This document shows positions 27,515 to 36,123 of a stretch of DNA of 64,000 nucleotides, one piece after another. The DNA lies in contig CAZFGR010000001.1 of NCBI GenBank assembly GCA_964518475.1, positions 46,280-110,279 on the forward strand, written 5' to 3'. How positions within the stretch are numbered: the first letter of the stretch is position 1; each line of letters opens with the position of its first letter. This DNA is from an uncultured Nitrososphaerota archaeon. Lineage in GTDB: Archaea; Asgardarchaeota; Njordarchaeia; Njordarchaeales; Njordarchaeaceae. Under the pieces are notes generated by a model. That model saw nothing but the letters and a program-made list of their open reading frames with translations, searched no databases and was not told where the DNA came from. The position numbers and the translations under genes were made by a program.

Positions 27515-28134
27515 TTCTAATGAGTGACAATAGAAATGATAGCACTCTCATCAATATAAAGGAAGCAATTAACGATCACGTTGTTATCAGATTTGATAAA
27601 CATCTAAGACAAACCATAATTAAGCTAGAACTACACTTGATGAGATTACCTAATAACTATTTCTTAACAATCTTTAAGCATTGCCTAGATATATGGATTC
27701 GCCGCCCTCTCCCTCTGTTTAACATAAAGGCAGGTCCAAGTGATAGAAACTGGTCTTTGAGAATAAGAGAGGAAAAGCGGGTCTTTCGGATACTTAAAAA
27801 GCATAACCCGTTCAGCAATATTATCTCTTACCAATTATTAGAAAATGCTGATTCGAAGGGGAAGAAATGGATCCTCATTTACTTAGATACATTAACTTAT
27901 CAGCCTAAACACGTCGAAATAACGATTCCTAATAATTATCCTCGAACACCCCCGGTAGTACACAGCCATGAGATAAAAAAGTTAGATCAGTGCCTCAACA
28001 AAGCGGATGAAAATATAGCGTCCCTATGGAGGAAAGATGGTAGATACGGTATTCCTCATTTTTTGGCATACTTTTTTTCTCCTTTGCTATATATGACCGC
28101 TTCTATTTTAAAAATAAGAAAAATATTCCAATAA
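27511..28134 (+). CDS. UFC1-like E2 (UBC-fold) protein, putative active-site Cys161
   Basis: KAGPSDRNWSLRIREEK (human UFC1 NAGPRDRELWVQRLKEE, from memory); VEITIPNNYPRTPPVV (FDIPITYPTTAPEI); QCLNK....ASLWRKDGRYGIPHFLAYFFSPLL ([32 protein letters not shown]). The Cys codon is at 27991..27993. There is an extra N-terminal extension of about 70 aa. Confidence 0.7.
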   Translation: MILMSDNRNDSTLINIKEAINDHVVIRFDKHLRQTIIKLELHLMRLPNNYFLTIFKHCLDIWIRRPLPLFNIKAGPSDRNWSLRIREEKRVFRILKKHNPFSNIISYQLLENADSKGKKWILIYLDTLTYQPKHVEITIPNNYPRTPPVVHSHEIKKLDQCLNKADENIASLWRKDGRYGIPHFLAYFFSPLLYMTASILKIRKIFQ

Positions 28135-28299
28135 GTTTTTAAAAAAATATACAAGCGATATAGTTATTATTACCGTTTTTATAGTCCATATAATACTGGT
28201 TTGCTATTGAATATACCTATGTATACTCATGGAAGTTTTATATATACAGAAAAACTGACTAGTTGTAGTAGACTATAAACCTTCTCAACAGGGTTTAAA

Positions 28300-29367
28300 A
28301 TGTCCATGAGAACTCTCTTAAAACTGGGAAAATCAAGCTTGGTAGTTGTTTTGCCAAAAGACTGGCTTAATGAAATGGGACTCAAAAACGGGGATAAAGT
28401 ACTAGTAAAACAGGAAGACGATGGAAGCCTAAAAATAATCCCTGCGAATATTTCTATTAGCGGTTCATCAAATAGCACACGATTGGTTGTTAACGTTGAT
28501 AAATGCAAGGATATAGGTCTCGTAACTAGACTCTTAATTGCTAATTATTTAATAGGGAACGATTCTATAATCATACACGCACGACGCGGAGGCATACCTC
28601 CAAACGTTTTAAAGGAAGTAAGAGATATCATCTCTAAGCTCCGCGGTTTCGAAATAATAGAGCAAAAACCCAATAGGCTTCTCTTACAATGCGTTACGGA
28701 TGCAACGAGCTTTTCTATAGATAACCTAATTGGACGAATGCTTTCCCTACTTCTATCAATGATTGATTATTTGAGACGAGGTCTTTCTGAGCAGAAAAGA
28801 GATTATTTCCAAGAAGCCATATTCATAGAGGAAGAAATCGACAGAATATATTGGTTCGGTGTCCGTCAATTAATAATGGTTCAGAAAAATAGAGCACTAG
28901 CCAAACTCGTTGGTCTAGAATCCACGCTACACATAGTAGGTAATAGAGCAATACTGAAATCGCTTGAATTGGCTGGAGATTACGTAGAAGAGATGGCCAG
29001 AGACCTTTCTAAACTTGATCTAGAGAAATTATCCCATCTCTCAGGAATAATAGGTAAAATATGCGACTTGATAAATGTAATAGAAGACATTATAAGCGAT
29101 GCCGTCCGTACATATAATGGCCTCGATATATTCCTTGCAAACGCTGTACTAGAAAAGATTAGGGAGATCACTGAAACAGCTCACTCACTAAGCGAGGAAA
29201 TCATGAATAGGTGCAGAGATGTAAAGACAGGCGTTATTCTGGTCAAGCTACTCACTAGATTATCTGACATGGCTAAAAGCATAGGCACTGTATGTGAAAT
29301 TATTCTAAATAGAGCAATGGAAAACCCAAGCAAGGGTCTACAAAACTGCATCTACAGAGAACTATGA
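28300..29367 (+). CDS. AbrB/SpoVT-domain plus PhoU-like regulator (paralogue 1)
   Basis: N-terminal RTLLKLGKSSLVVVLPKDWLNEMGLKNGDKVLVKQEDDGSLKIIP (swapped-hairpin AbrB fold), followed by helical PhoU-like repeats (..EEEIDRIYWFGVRQL..). Confidence 0.7.
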   Translation: MSMRTLLKLGKSSLVVVLPKDWLNEMGLKNGDKVLVKQEDDGSLKIIPANISISGSSNSTRLVVNVDKCKDIGLVTRLLIANYLIGNDSIIIHARRGGIPPNVLKEVRDIISKLRGFEIIEQKPNRLLLQCVTDATSFSIDNLIGRMLSLLLSMIDYLRRGLSEQKRDYFQEAIFIEEEIDRIYWFGVRQLIMVQKNRALAKLVGLESTLHIVGNRAILKSLELAGDYVEEMARDLSKLDLEKLSHLSGIIGKICDLINVIEDIISDAVRTYNGLDIFLANAVLEKIREITETAHSLSEEIMNRCRDVKTGVILVKLLTRLSDMAKSIGTVCEIILNRAMENPSKGLQNCIYREL

Positions 29368-29555
29368 AACTATCTTTCCTTTCCTCATATCATAGCATTT
29401 CCTAAGCGACGACAGTCGAGGCCAAAAGTAATTTTATAAACCTTGCCATACATATCTGACTATACAGGATATATACATTATTAAAAAAATAATACAACGT
29501 GCAGAAGTTAAATATAGCAACTTATCTCTGAGCTCTCCAATAGAGGTCTAAAAAA

Positions 29556-30596
29556 ATGCTAAGAAGAAAACTTGTCAAGCTTGGAAAATCCAGTCTCGTA
29601 GTCTCACTACCAAAAGAATGGATAAATAACCTGAATCTTAACGCTGGAGATGAAGTCTCGATAACTTATTCTGAAGACGGATCCTTGATTATAACGCCAG
29701 CAAAATTCGCCATGCGTAAGAGGATATTGCCTCTTCTAATCGATATTACTAATTGTGATGAACCGCACCTAATTGAACGATTGATCATAGCAGCTTACGT
29801 TGTTGGAAAAGATCCTATTATTATTAAATCCGAGAGAGGGCTTTCTTCATCTCAGTTACGAGAAATAAGAACAGTGATCAATAATATTAGGGGCTTAGAA
29901 ATCGTGAAAGAAGACGAGAAAAACATTGTTCTCAGATCCTTCCTAGATCCTACGAAGTATCCTCTGACGGGACTCATCAAAAGGATAATTAACCTAGTTC
30001 AAGCAATGCTTGAGTTCTTAATCGAAGCTTTGAGGAGAAAAAATAAGAGCTATTTAGAAGAGCTTTTATATATTGAAGAAGAAGTTGATAGACTTTACTT
30101 CTCTACCCTGAGACAGATATTCTTAGCCGCTAAAATCAGAGAAATAGCCGAATCTATTGGAATAAAACGAAATATAGAGATTATGAGCTTGAAAACAATT
30201 ATCAAAGTTTTCGAGCTTCTTGCTGATGATTTAGCAAAAATAGCACGTTCAGCATTAAATCTAATAGAGAGCGGGGAGAATATTCTAGAAACTAATATGC
30301 ATGAATTCATTAACTTTCTAGCAGATATCTCATCCCTATTCAACTTCGTTTCTAAAATGATTCTCTACAACAACGCTAGCTTAACCAATGAACTCCTCAA
30401 CAAACTAGAAGATTTGCTGAAAGAGTATAGTGCACTGGATACACTATTCGCTACAAAAATAAAAAACGAAAAAGTTCTGAAATGGCTTAAGGAAGCTCTC
30501 TGGGGATTAATGATATTTACCGATATGTTAAGAATAATCGCAGAGATCTCGATTAACATTATAATTGATCGTGCTGAAAATAAATTTGAGTGTTAG
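29556..30596 (+). CDS. AbrB/SpoVT-domain plus PhoU-like regulator (paralogue 2)
   Basis: RKLVKLGKSSLVVSLPKEWINNLNLNAGDEVSITYSEDGSLIITP and EEEVDRLYFSTLRQI; same architecture as 28300..29367. Confidence 0.7.
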   Translation: MLRRKLVKLGKSSLVVSLPKEWINNLNLNAGDEVSITYSEDGSLIITPAKFAMRKRILPLLIDITNCDEPHLIERLIIAAYVVGKDPIIIKSERGLSSSQLREIRTVINNIRGLEIVKEDEKNIVLRSFLDPTKYPLTGLIKRIINLVQAMLEFLIEALRRKNKSYLEELLYIEEEVDRLYFSTLRQIFLAAKIREIAESIGIKRNIEIMSLKTIIKVFELLADDLAKIARSALNLIESGENILETNMHEFINFLADISSLFNFVSKMILYNNASLTNELLNKLEDLLKEYSALDTLFATKIKNEKVLKWLKEALWGLMIFTDMLRIIAEISINIIIDRAENKFEC

Positions 30597-30652
30597 TTAA
30601 TTACCCTAAGTTCCAAAGTACAAGTAATTCACTTAGACTGGGGACTCAAACG

Positions 30653-31435
30653 ATGCCCATAATTCTCCACACAATATTCATTCAACGATCTGATGGTTCG
30701 CCTGTAGTAGTATGCGGGAAAACGACCAGAGACCCAACAATGCTCGCTGCCTTAGTAACAGCACTTAAGGAACTTAGCGAAGAACTGTCTCTTAACAATG
30801 CGCGACAAGCTAATAGGGCTAATATCACATTCCATAACTTCGGGGACTACTTTCTCGCCATGATTAACAGAGGAGACTTGATAGCTGCGATAGTAACGGA
30901 CACAACAGAGATCCAAGTGATCGGAGAGATAATCTCCCTACTCTCGAGACTTTTTAGAGAATTCGAAGATAGTATATGGGACAGACTTGATGAGAAAAAA
31001 CGAGAAATTGGACTTGTACCAAATGAGTATTACCGAGAGTATATTCAGGGGATCCTTGATCTCATAACCCGGGATACGAATTGGCGAGGAAAAGTCTTTA
31101 TATCCCCCTTCTTCATAGCAAGCGATGCTGGCTTAATAGCCATAGATCATCTACTACTAGAATTAATCCAACGCTTAAATAAGGTACTTGGTCCAAAACT
31201 AGCCTTCAAATTCCTGAAAAATTTATCAATAAAGCTAGGAATTACCGATCTATTGCTAATTAAGTATGGGAAGGAGAAGAAAAATATTGAACACACTATT
31301 TCTATTCAGGAATATTCAGAAGAAGTTGAAGAACTTCTCCAAAAGTTAGCAACCTACTACCTAAAAATCATAAAACAGATACAAAAAGCACTCCACATAA
31401 GAGGTTTAGAATTTTTAGCTGTAATCCAGTTATAG
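30653..31435 (+). CDS. Hypothetical protein with an N-terminal Roadblock/LC7 (MglB/longin-like) domain
   Basis: MPIILHTIFIQRSDGSPVVVCGKTTRDPTMLAALVTALKELSEEL......ITFHNFGDYFLAMINRGDLIAAIVTD..EIQVIGEIISLLSRL follows the Roadblock alpha-beta-alpha pattern. The track ORF starts at GTG 30590, but ATG 30653 is more plausible. Confidence 0.4.
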   Translation: MPIILHTIFIQRSDGSPVVVCGKTTRDPTMLAALVTALKELSEELSLNNARQANRANITFHNFGDYFLAMINRGDLIAAIVTDTTEIQVIGEIISLLSRLFREFEDSIWDRLDEKKREIGLVPNEYYREYIQGILDLITRDTNWRGKVFISPFFIASDAGLIAIDHLLLELIQRLNKVLGPKLAFKFLKNLSIKLGITDLLLIKYGKEKKNIEHTISIQEYSEEVEELLQKLATYYLKIIKQIQKALHIRGLEFLAVIQL

Positions 31436-31439
31436 AAGG

Positions 31440-31814
31440 GTGCTTATTATGGAAGAAACTCAGGCAATCCGCGATTTCTTACTAATCATCAAGCAGATCC
31501 TCGAGTTTATTGGTCGTTACCCATTAATATTTACCTTTATTACCCTAGCTCTCGTATTGGTTCTCATTGTTGTTATAGTTGCCAGTGCTTTTAAGATCGG
31601 TATAAGAGGCGGAGCCCTACCACGAATTCTAGCATATTCAATAATATTCTTTATTTTAGAAACGCTGATTGTGTTAGTCTTTACATTTAGTAAGAACATT
31701 GAAACACAGTACTTGCTGAGAGGCGGATTGCAGGCGATGACGATCTTGTCTTTTACGTTCATGCTTGCAATTCTACTGGAGCTATGGAAAGTCTATAAAA
31801 TATTAACGCGGTAA
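31440..31814 (+). CDS. Small membrane protein (3-4 TM helices)
   Basis: 124-aa ORF, hydrophobic throughout, 4 nt after the Roadblock-like gene. The start is GTG 31440 or ATG 31449. Confidence 0.5.
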   Translation: MLIMEETQAIRDFLLIIKQILEFIGRYPLIFTFITLALVLVLIVVIVASAFKIGIRGGALPRILAYSIIFFILETLIVLVFTFSKNIETQYLLRGGLQAMTILSFTFMLAILLELWKVYKILTR

Positions 31815-31815
31815 G

Positions 31816-32385
31816 GTGTTAGCGATAGTTGTTGTATTTGATTTAGAAGGAGTTCTGATCGATAATCACAAGAGACTAAGGCACGCTCTCAGAAAACTAA
31901 GCGTTAACTCGATTAATGATATTCCGATGAGTAAGAAGACCTTATTCTGGAAAATATATTTCGATCCAAACCTAGCAGAGAGACTTGATAGCGTGAATTT
32001 GGACGCATTAAAAATCTTGCTTAAGAAAAAGGCGGAGGGATATAAAATAGCCATTATATCGGGTGCACCAAAAGAAATAGTTAACATAGGTTTAAGAAAA
32101 CTTCGAGAAATAGCTGAAAAAGAAAACCATAAACTTGGGATAGACTACGTTTTCTGGCGTCCTCCGGGGGATAAACGAAAAGCGAGTGCATTTAAGCTTG
32201 ATGTTGCAAAGCGCTTGAAAACTTTATTTCGAGAAGAAATTGTTGAAATTCATGACGATGATTATAACGTTATCGAAAGCTTTAGAAAAATTGGTGTTAA
32301 GACTTATTATTGGAGGAACTTAAAACTGGTTAATGATGAATCCCTCGTGGACCGAAAAGAGCATGAAGACCGCGACCTACGCTGA
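31816..32385 (+). CDS. HAD-superfamily hydrolase-like protein
   Basis: Motif I-like VVFDLEGVLID (second Asp replaced by Glu), IAIISGAPKE (motif II region), ..EIHDDDYN (motif IV-like). Confidence 0.5.
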   Translation: MLAIVVVFDLEGVLIDNHKRLRHALRKLSVNSINDIPMSKKTLFWKIYFDPNLAERLDSVNLDALKILLKKKAEGYKIAIISGAPKEIVNIGLRKLREIAEKENHKLGIDYVFWRPPGDKRKASAFKLDVAKRLKTLFREEIVEIHDDDYNVIESFRKIGVKTYYWRNLKLVNDESLVDRKEHEDRDLR

Positions 32386-32386
32386 C

Positions 32387-32947
32387 TTATCTTCTCCACC
32401 TCTTACTTACTTCTTCAGCCCTAACAATAGATATTGCAGCAATGTCTCCAAGAATATTTATTATCACCACGTATTCTGGATTCTCCAAATCTACTGGATA
32501 AAAAATAGGTTCAGCAACCTTCTTAATAAACTCCATTCTGTTAATCCTGTACCCTCGCGTCTTCAACGTTATTCTCCACTTACCCCGTATCCTATGTTTC
32601 AGCTTCTCAAGAGCCTTCTTGACGCATTCTGCGTCCGTAGGTACTATCGCGTCTAGAATAAGTATTCGTCTAATATATCTAATCCGTCCCTGCTTCTGTC
32701 TTTCTTGAAAAAGCTCAATAAACTTTCTTCTTAGTTCCTCCTTCGTTTCCTCATCTAATTGTTTAATGATTTTACGCAGATCCAGTAATATAAGTCCTTT
32801 AAAACCCCCCGGCCTCAACTGAGCCTCAACATTTTTTAAAAATGGATACTCCCGCGCAAGTTCATATATTATGTTCTGTAACTCCATCTTCGCCTCAAAA
32901 CTCCGCTCACGAGGCACTAATTCGTAGCTAGCGAGTATACCCTCCAA
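32387..32947 (-). CDS. THUMP-domain-like RNA-binding protein
   Basis: 186 aa. The N-terminal ILASYELVPRERSFEAKMELQNII resembles the ferredoxin-like start of stand-alone THUMP proteins, and the C-terminal ..DLENPEYVVIINILGDIAAISIV fits. This is pattern only. Confidence 0.4.
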   Translation of the reverse strand: MEGILASYELVPRERSFEAKMELQNIIYELAREYPFLKNVEAQLRPGGFKGLILLDLRKIIKQLDEETKEELRRKFIELFQERQKQGRIRYIRRILILDAIVPTDAECVKKALEKLKHRIRGKWRITLKTRGYRINRMEFIKKVAEPIFYPVDLENPEYVVIINILGDIAAISIVRAEEVSKRWRR

Positions 32948-32956
32948 TTCTATCCC

Positions 32957-33727
32957 TCAACCCCGAAGCCCGAGATAGTCCAAGAAATCTAGAGCATTTT
33001 GAACCATTCTCACATTATTGAACATGAAATACACTTTTTCAACTCCCTTGTCTTGCAAAAGTCTTATTAGTTTTCTGAGCTCCTCGAAATCCTCTCTTGA
33101 ATATTCATACCTATAGTTTAGATATGGTTTTCCATGAAGTCTAAAATAAACTATATCCTTCACAACCACCTGTTCGTGGAAAAATGGATCAACAATATGG
33201 ATTAGCGAAGGATTCTCCTCAAAAATTTCTTGAAGAACCCCTTTGTTCTCTTCTTTTAACCAGTCCCCCCTTGGCTCCCATCCTATAAACGAGTTCACTC
33301 CTTCGCTTCCTAATAATTGTGAGAAATAGCTGAAAAATTCTCGAGCAGCGTCTATATTATCTTTTGTAGGTTTAAAACTAGCAGGAGTTTGAACGACTAT
33401 CACGGGTGATTTAAGTATCTTCGCGAATTCAGCCATTATTTGCATCCATTCTCGCGTCAAAGCATTTACCTGTAGATTCCCGACTAATTTTTTCTGATCA
33501 TCTGTTAGTTTCCCTCTAAAACGCCTCCAAGTGGGACTTTTCGCACCATGAGTTAATCCTTGAAATACCTTGAAGCAGAATTCAAAATCTTGAGGAGCTT
33601 CTTTACGCCATTTTTCAACTGTCCTCTTCTGGGGAATATTATAAAATGTTTGCTGAACCTCTACAACGTTGAAAAGGTTATACATCTTCTTGGTAAAGGA
33701 ACATACACCGACCCTTACAAGCACCAT
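32957..33727 (-). CDS. DUF72 (UPF0759) family protein
   Basis: VRVGVCSFT....YNLFNVVEVQQTFYNIP...TVEKWRKEAPQDFEFCFKVFQGLTH matches the DUF72 pattern (GtsGW....Y...f..vEiN.tFY..P....v..W....P.gF.F..K....iTH). Confidence 0.75.
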   Translation of the reverse strand: MVLVRVGVCSFTKKMYNLFNVVEVQQTFYNIPQKRTVEKWRKEAPQDFEFCFKVFQGLTHGAKSPTWRRFRGKLTDDQKKLVGNLQVNALTREWMQIMAEFAKILKSPVIVVQTPASFKPTKDNIDAAREFFSYFSQLLGSEGVNSFIGWEPRGDWLKEENKGVLQEIFEENPSLIHIVDPFFHEQVVVKDIVYFRLHGKPYLNYRYEYSREDFEELRKLIRLLQDKGVEKVYFMFNNVRMVQNALDFLDYLGLRG

Positions 33728-33806
33728 AAATAATCACGCCTCGAAAACATAGTTTATCAGTTAGGATAAATAAGCTATACCATGTATTTAATAGTAGGAA
33801 TAGAGG

Positions 33807-34409
33807 GTGCATCCGAAGATGCCACGAAACAGCAAGATGATCTCCTTGAGCAAGTTTCTATCCCTTCTCCTTAGACATAGACCGGATCTCCTTGACTTAA
33901 AAATGCGGAAAGATGGTTTTGTACGTGTTGAGGAACTACTAAGAAAAGTAAGGAAACGGCCAGGATTCGGTTGGGTGACTGAAGAGGACATAAAATTCCT
34001 TGTGAAGAATGACCCAAAACAACGCTTTGAACTGAAATACGAGAACGGAGAATTATTTATTCGAGCAAGATACGGCCATAGTAAAGCTCTAAAGATAAAT
34101 GTGCGATATAATCCTGTGAAACTAGGAAAAATAAAATATCTCTATCATGGTACTAGAGCAGACGTACTGCCTTGGATTTTGAGAGAAGGATTAAAACCCA
34201 TGGCTAGAAAATACGTACACCTCTCTCCCACACCCGCCGATGCCATGGAAGTAGCTAAGAGGAGAAAAGGTAAACCAGTTATCCTACAGATTGATGTGGA
34301 GGAATTCCTTAAAGATGGAGGAAAAATATGGAAAGCTACAGAAAAAGTCTATCTAGCTAAGGAAATCCCCCCAAAATATATCAAGATATACAAATACGGT
34401 TATGACTAA
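33807..34409 (+). CDS. kptA: RNA 2'-phosphotransferase (Tpt1/KptA)
   Basis: ISLSKFLSLLLRHRPDLLDLKMRKDGFVRVEELL, ..RARYGHS, LYHGT, YVHLS; the Tpt1 H-R-H-R catalytic signature context. Confidence 0.8.
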   Translation: MHPKMPRNSKMISLSKFLSLLLRHRPDLLDLKMRKDGFVRVEELLRKVRKRPGFGWVTEEDIKFLVKNDPKQRFELKYENGELFIRARYGHSKALKINVRYNPVKLGKIKYLYHGTRADVLPWILREGLKPMARKYVHLSPTPADAMEVAKRRKGKPVILQIDVEEFLKDGGKIWKATEKVYLAKEIPPKYIKIYKYGYD

Positions 34410-34428
34410 TCACCAGATAGAATAGTGA

Positions 34429-35118
34429 TTATTTTCGCCACAAAATATCGTATGATCCATCAGCCTTCCCCACAATTACTTCAGCTTCGCGCGAAAAAAT
34501 CCCGTTCTCGATAACCCCTGGAATAGCATTTAATTCCTTTTCTAATCCTGCATTCACTAATTCTAATGGGATATCTATGTCCAGAAGTATATTCCCATTA
34601 TCACTTATGCAAGGACCTACTTTACACTTACTTTCTCTAACCCTGACCTTGAATCCTCGCTCTTTCAGTTCTCTGACAACATAGCCTATAGCAAAAACGT
34701 GTACTTCAACTGGTATTGGAAAAGAGCGATCAATCTTTGTATCATCCACAATTATTACCAATCGCTTTGCTGCGTAGTTTATTATCTTCTCCCTAAAAAG
34801 CGCCCCACCACCGCCTTTTACCAGTACTTTATTCTCCAATAGAACAGAGTCTGCTCCATCAATAGTGATATCTAATTGATCATACTCCACCAATGAAGCT
34901 ATTCTCACATTATTTTTCGCCAATAGAAAATGTGTTTCGTAAGATGATGGAACAGCAACTATGTCCTTAAGATTTTCCTCCCTTATTTTTTGCCCTAACA
35001 ATTCTATGAAATGTCTGACCGTGCTACCGCTTCCGACTCCTATAACCATACCATCTTCAATAAAATCGCAGGCAACCTTAGCAGCTATCCTTTTTCTCTC
35101 TTCAATCCCTACAAACAT
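34429..35118 (-). CDS. rpiA: Ribose-5-phosphate isomerase A
   Basis: GMVIGVGSGSTV, ITIDGADSV, VKGGGGALFREKI, ..GVIENGIF. Confidence 0.85.
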   Translation of the reverse strand: MFVGIEERKRIAAKVACDFIEDGMVIGVGSGSTVRHFIELLGQKIREENLKDIVAVPSSYETHFLLAKNNVRIASLVEYDQLDITIDGADSVLLENKVLVKGGGGALFREKIINYAAKRLVIIVDDTKIDRSFPIPVEVHVFAIGYVVRELKERGFKVRVRESKCKVGPCISDNGNILLDIDIPLELVNAGLEKELNAIPGVIENGIFSREAEVIVGKADGSYDILWRK

Positions 35119-35193
35119 TACTGATCACCAAAAATTTTACAACAATTATCATTTGGTTTATAATTCACTGTTGATAAGGAAGAGGGTAATAAA

Positions 35194-35901
35194 ATGTCGG
35201 ACAAGGATCATGAGAGACGAATGTTTGCCTCTATAGATTACAAGGGGAACTGGAATATAGGCGCATATGGTCTGGCCACTGATAAATTCGCTATCTTTGG
35301 AGAGGGATTTCGACCACAGATTCTTAGACAAGCGAAAGAAGTTTTGAATGTGCCCCTTTATATCTTTAACGTGATGGATGAGCCGATTGTTGGGATCTTA
35401 TTAGCAGCTAACTCACACGGCGTATTAGTACCCTTCCAGCTCAGTGATGAAGAAGTAAGTAAGCTTCGATCAATGCTTGATGTTCCAGTCGAAAAACTCT
35501 CCCTAAAAACATATGAAAACGCTTTAAGTAACTTGATACTTGTAAATGATAAAGCCGCGCTCATCCATGATGACATTCTCAGAAAAAACAAACACATCGC
35601 TAAAATTGTCGAGGATGTCCTAGATGTTGAACTTGTTGGTTACAAATTCTCCTTTGTAACGATCGGTTCTGTTGTAGGTGCTAATAATAGAGGTGCCCTA
35701 GCTCACCCGCTCATGCAAGATGATGAATTAAATTTTATAAAGGAAACCCTAAAGGTACGCGTAGGAAAAGGCACAATTAATCTAGGTTCCCCATATATTG
35801 GAAGTGGCATGATCGTGAACTCCTACGGATTTTTAGTCGGAATCAAAACTACCGGTCTGGAAATACACAGAGCATACGAAATACTACTAAGAGAAGATTA
35901 G
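35194..35901 (+). CDS. eif6: Translation initiation factor 6 (aIF6)
   Basis: IDYKGNWNIGAYGLATDKFAIF, pentein-repeat pattern (..ANSHGVLVP.., LVNDKAALIH.., GANNRGALAHP.., IVNSYGFLVG). The start may instead be M10 (35221). Confidence 0.85.
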   Translation: MSDKDHERRMFASIDYKGNWNIGAYGLATDKFAIFGEGFRPQILRQAKEVLNVPLYIFNVMDEPIVGILLAANSHGVLVPFQLSDEEVSKLRSMLDVPVEKLSLKTYENALSNLILVNDKAALIHDDILRKNKHIAKIVEDVLDVELVGYKFSFVTIGSVVGANNRGALAHPLMQDDELNFIKETLKVRVGKGTINLGSPYIGSGMIVNSYGFLVGIKTTGLEIHRAYEILLRED

Positions 35902-36045
35902 AATACCACATATCCCCCACTTAATTTACCGCTTTTTATCTCCTAACACTCTACTAAGCGATACTTTTTTACTATTGAGCTATCCCGAAAATTTCTAGAT
36001 TTCTCTTCGTAAAAGGAATTAATGCAAGAAAATAGTAGTATACGA

Positions 36046-36102
36046 GAGCTCAGACGGGCTACAGCTCTTCATAGTTCCGCAACGCCAGGAATCATCATCG
36101 CC
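36046..36102 (-). ncRNA. C/D box sRNA (canonical dual-guide architecture)
   Basis: Minus strand: cg ATGATGA ttcctggcgttg CGGA act ATGAAGA gctgtagcccgt CTGA gc. That is C(7)-12 nt-D'(4)-3 nt-C'(7)-12 nt-D(4) = 49 nt, located in the intergenic gap between eif6 and the methyltransferase gene. Confidence 0.65.
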
Positions 36103-36123
36103 AAAAACTCCTTCTAAGGAATT

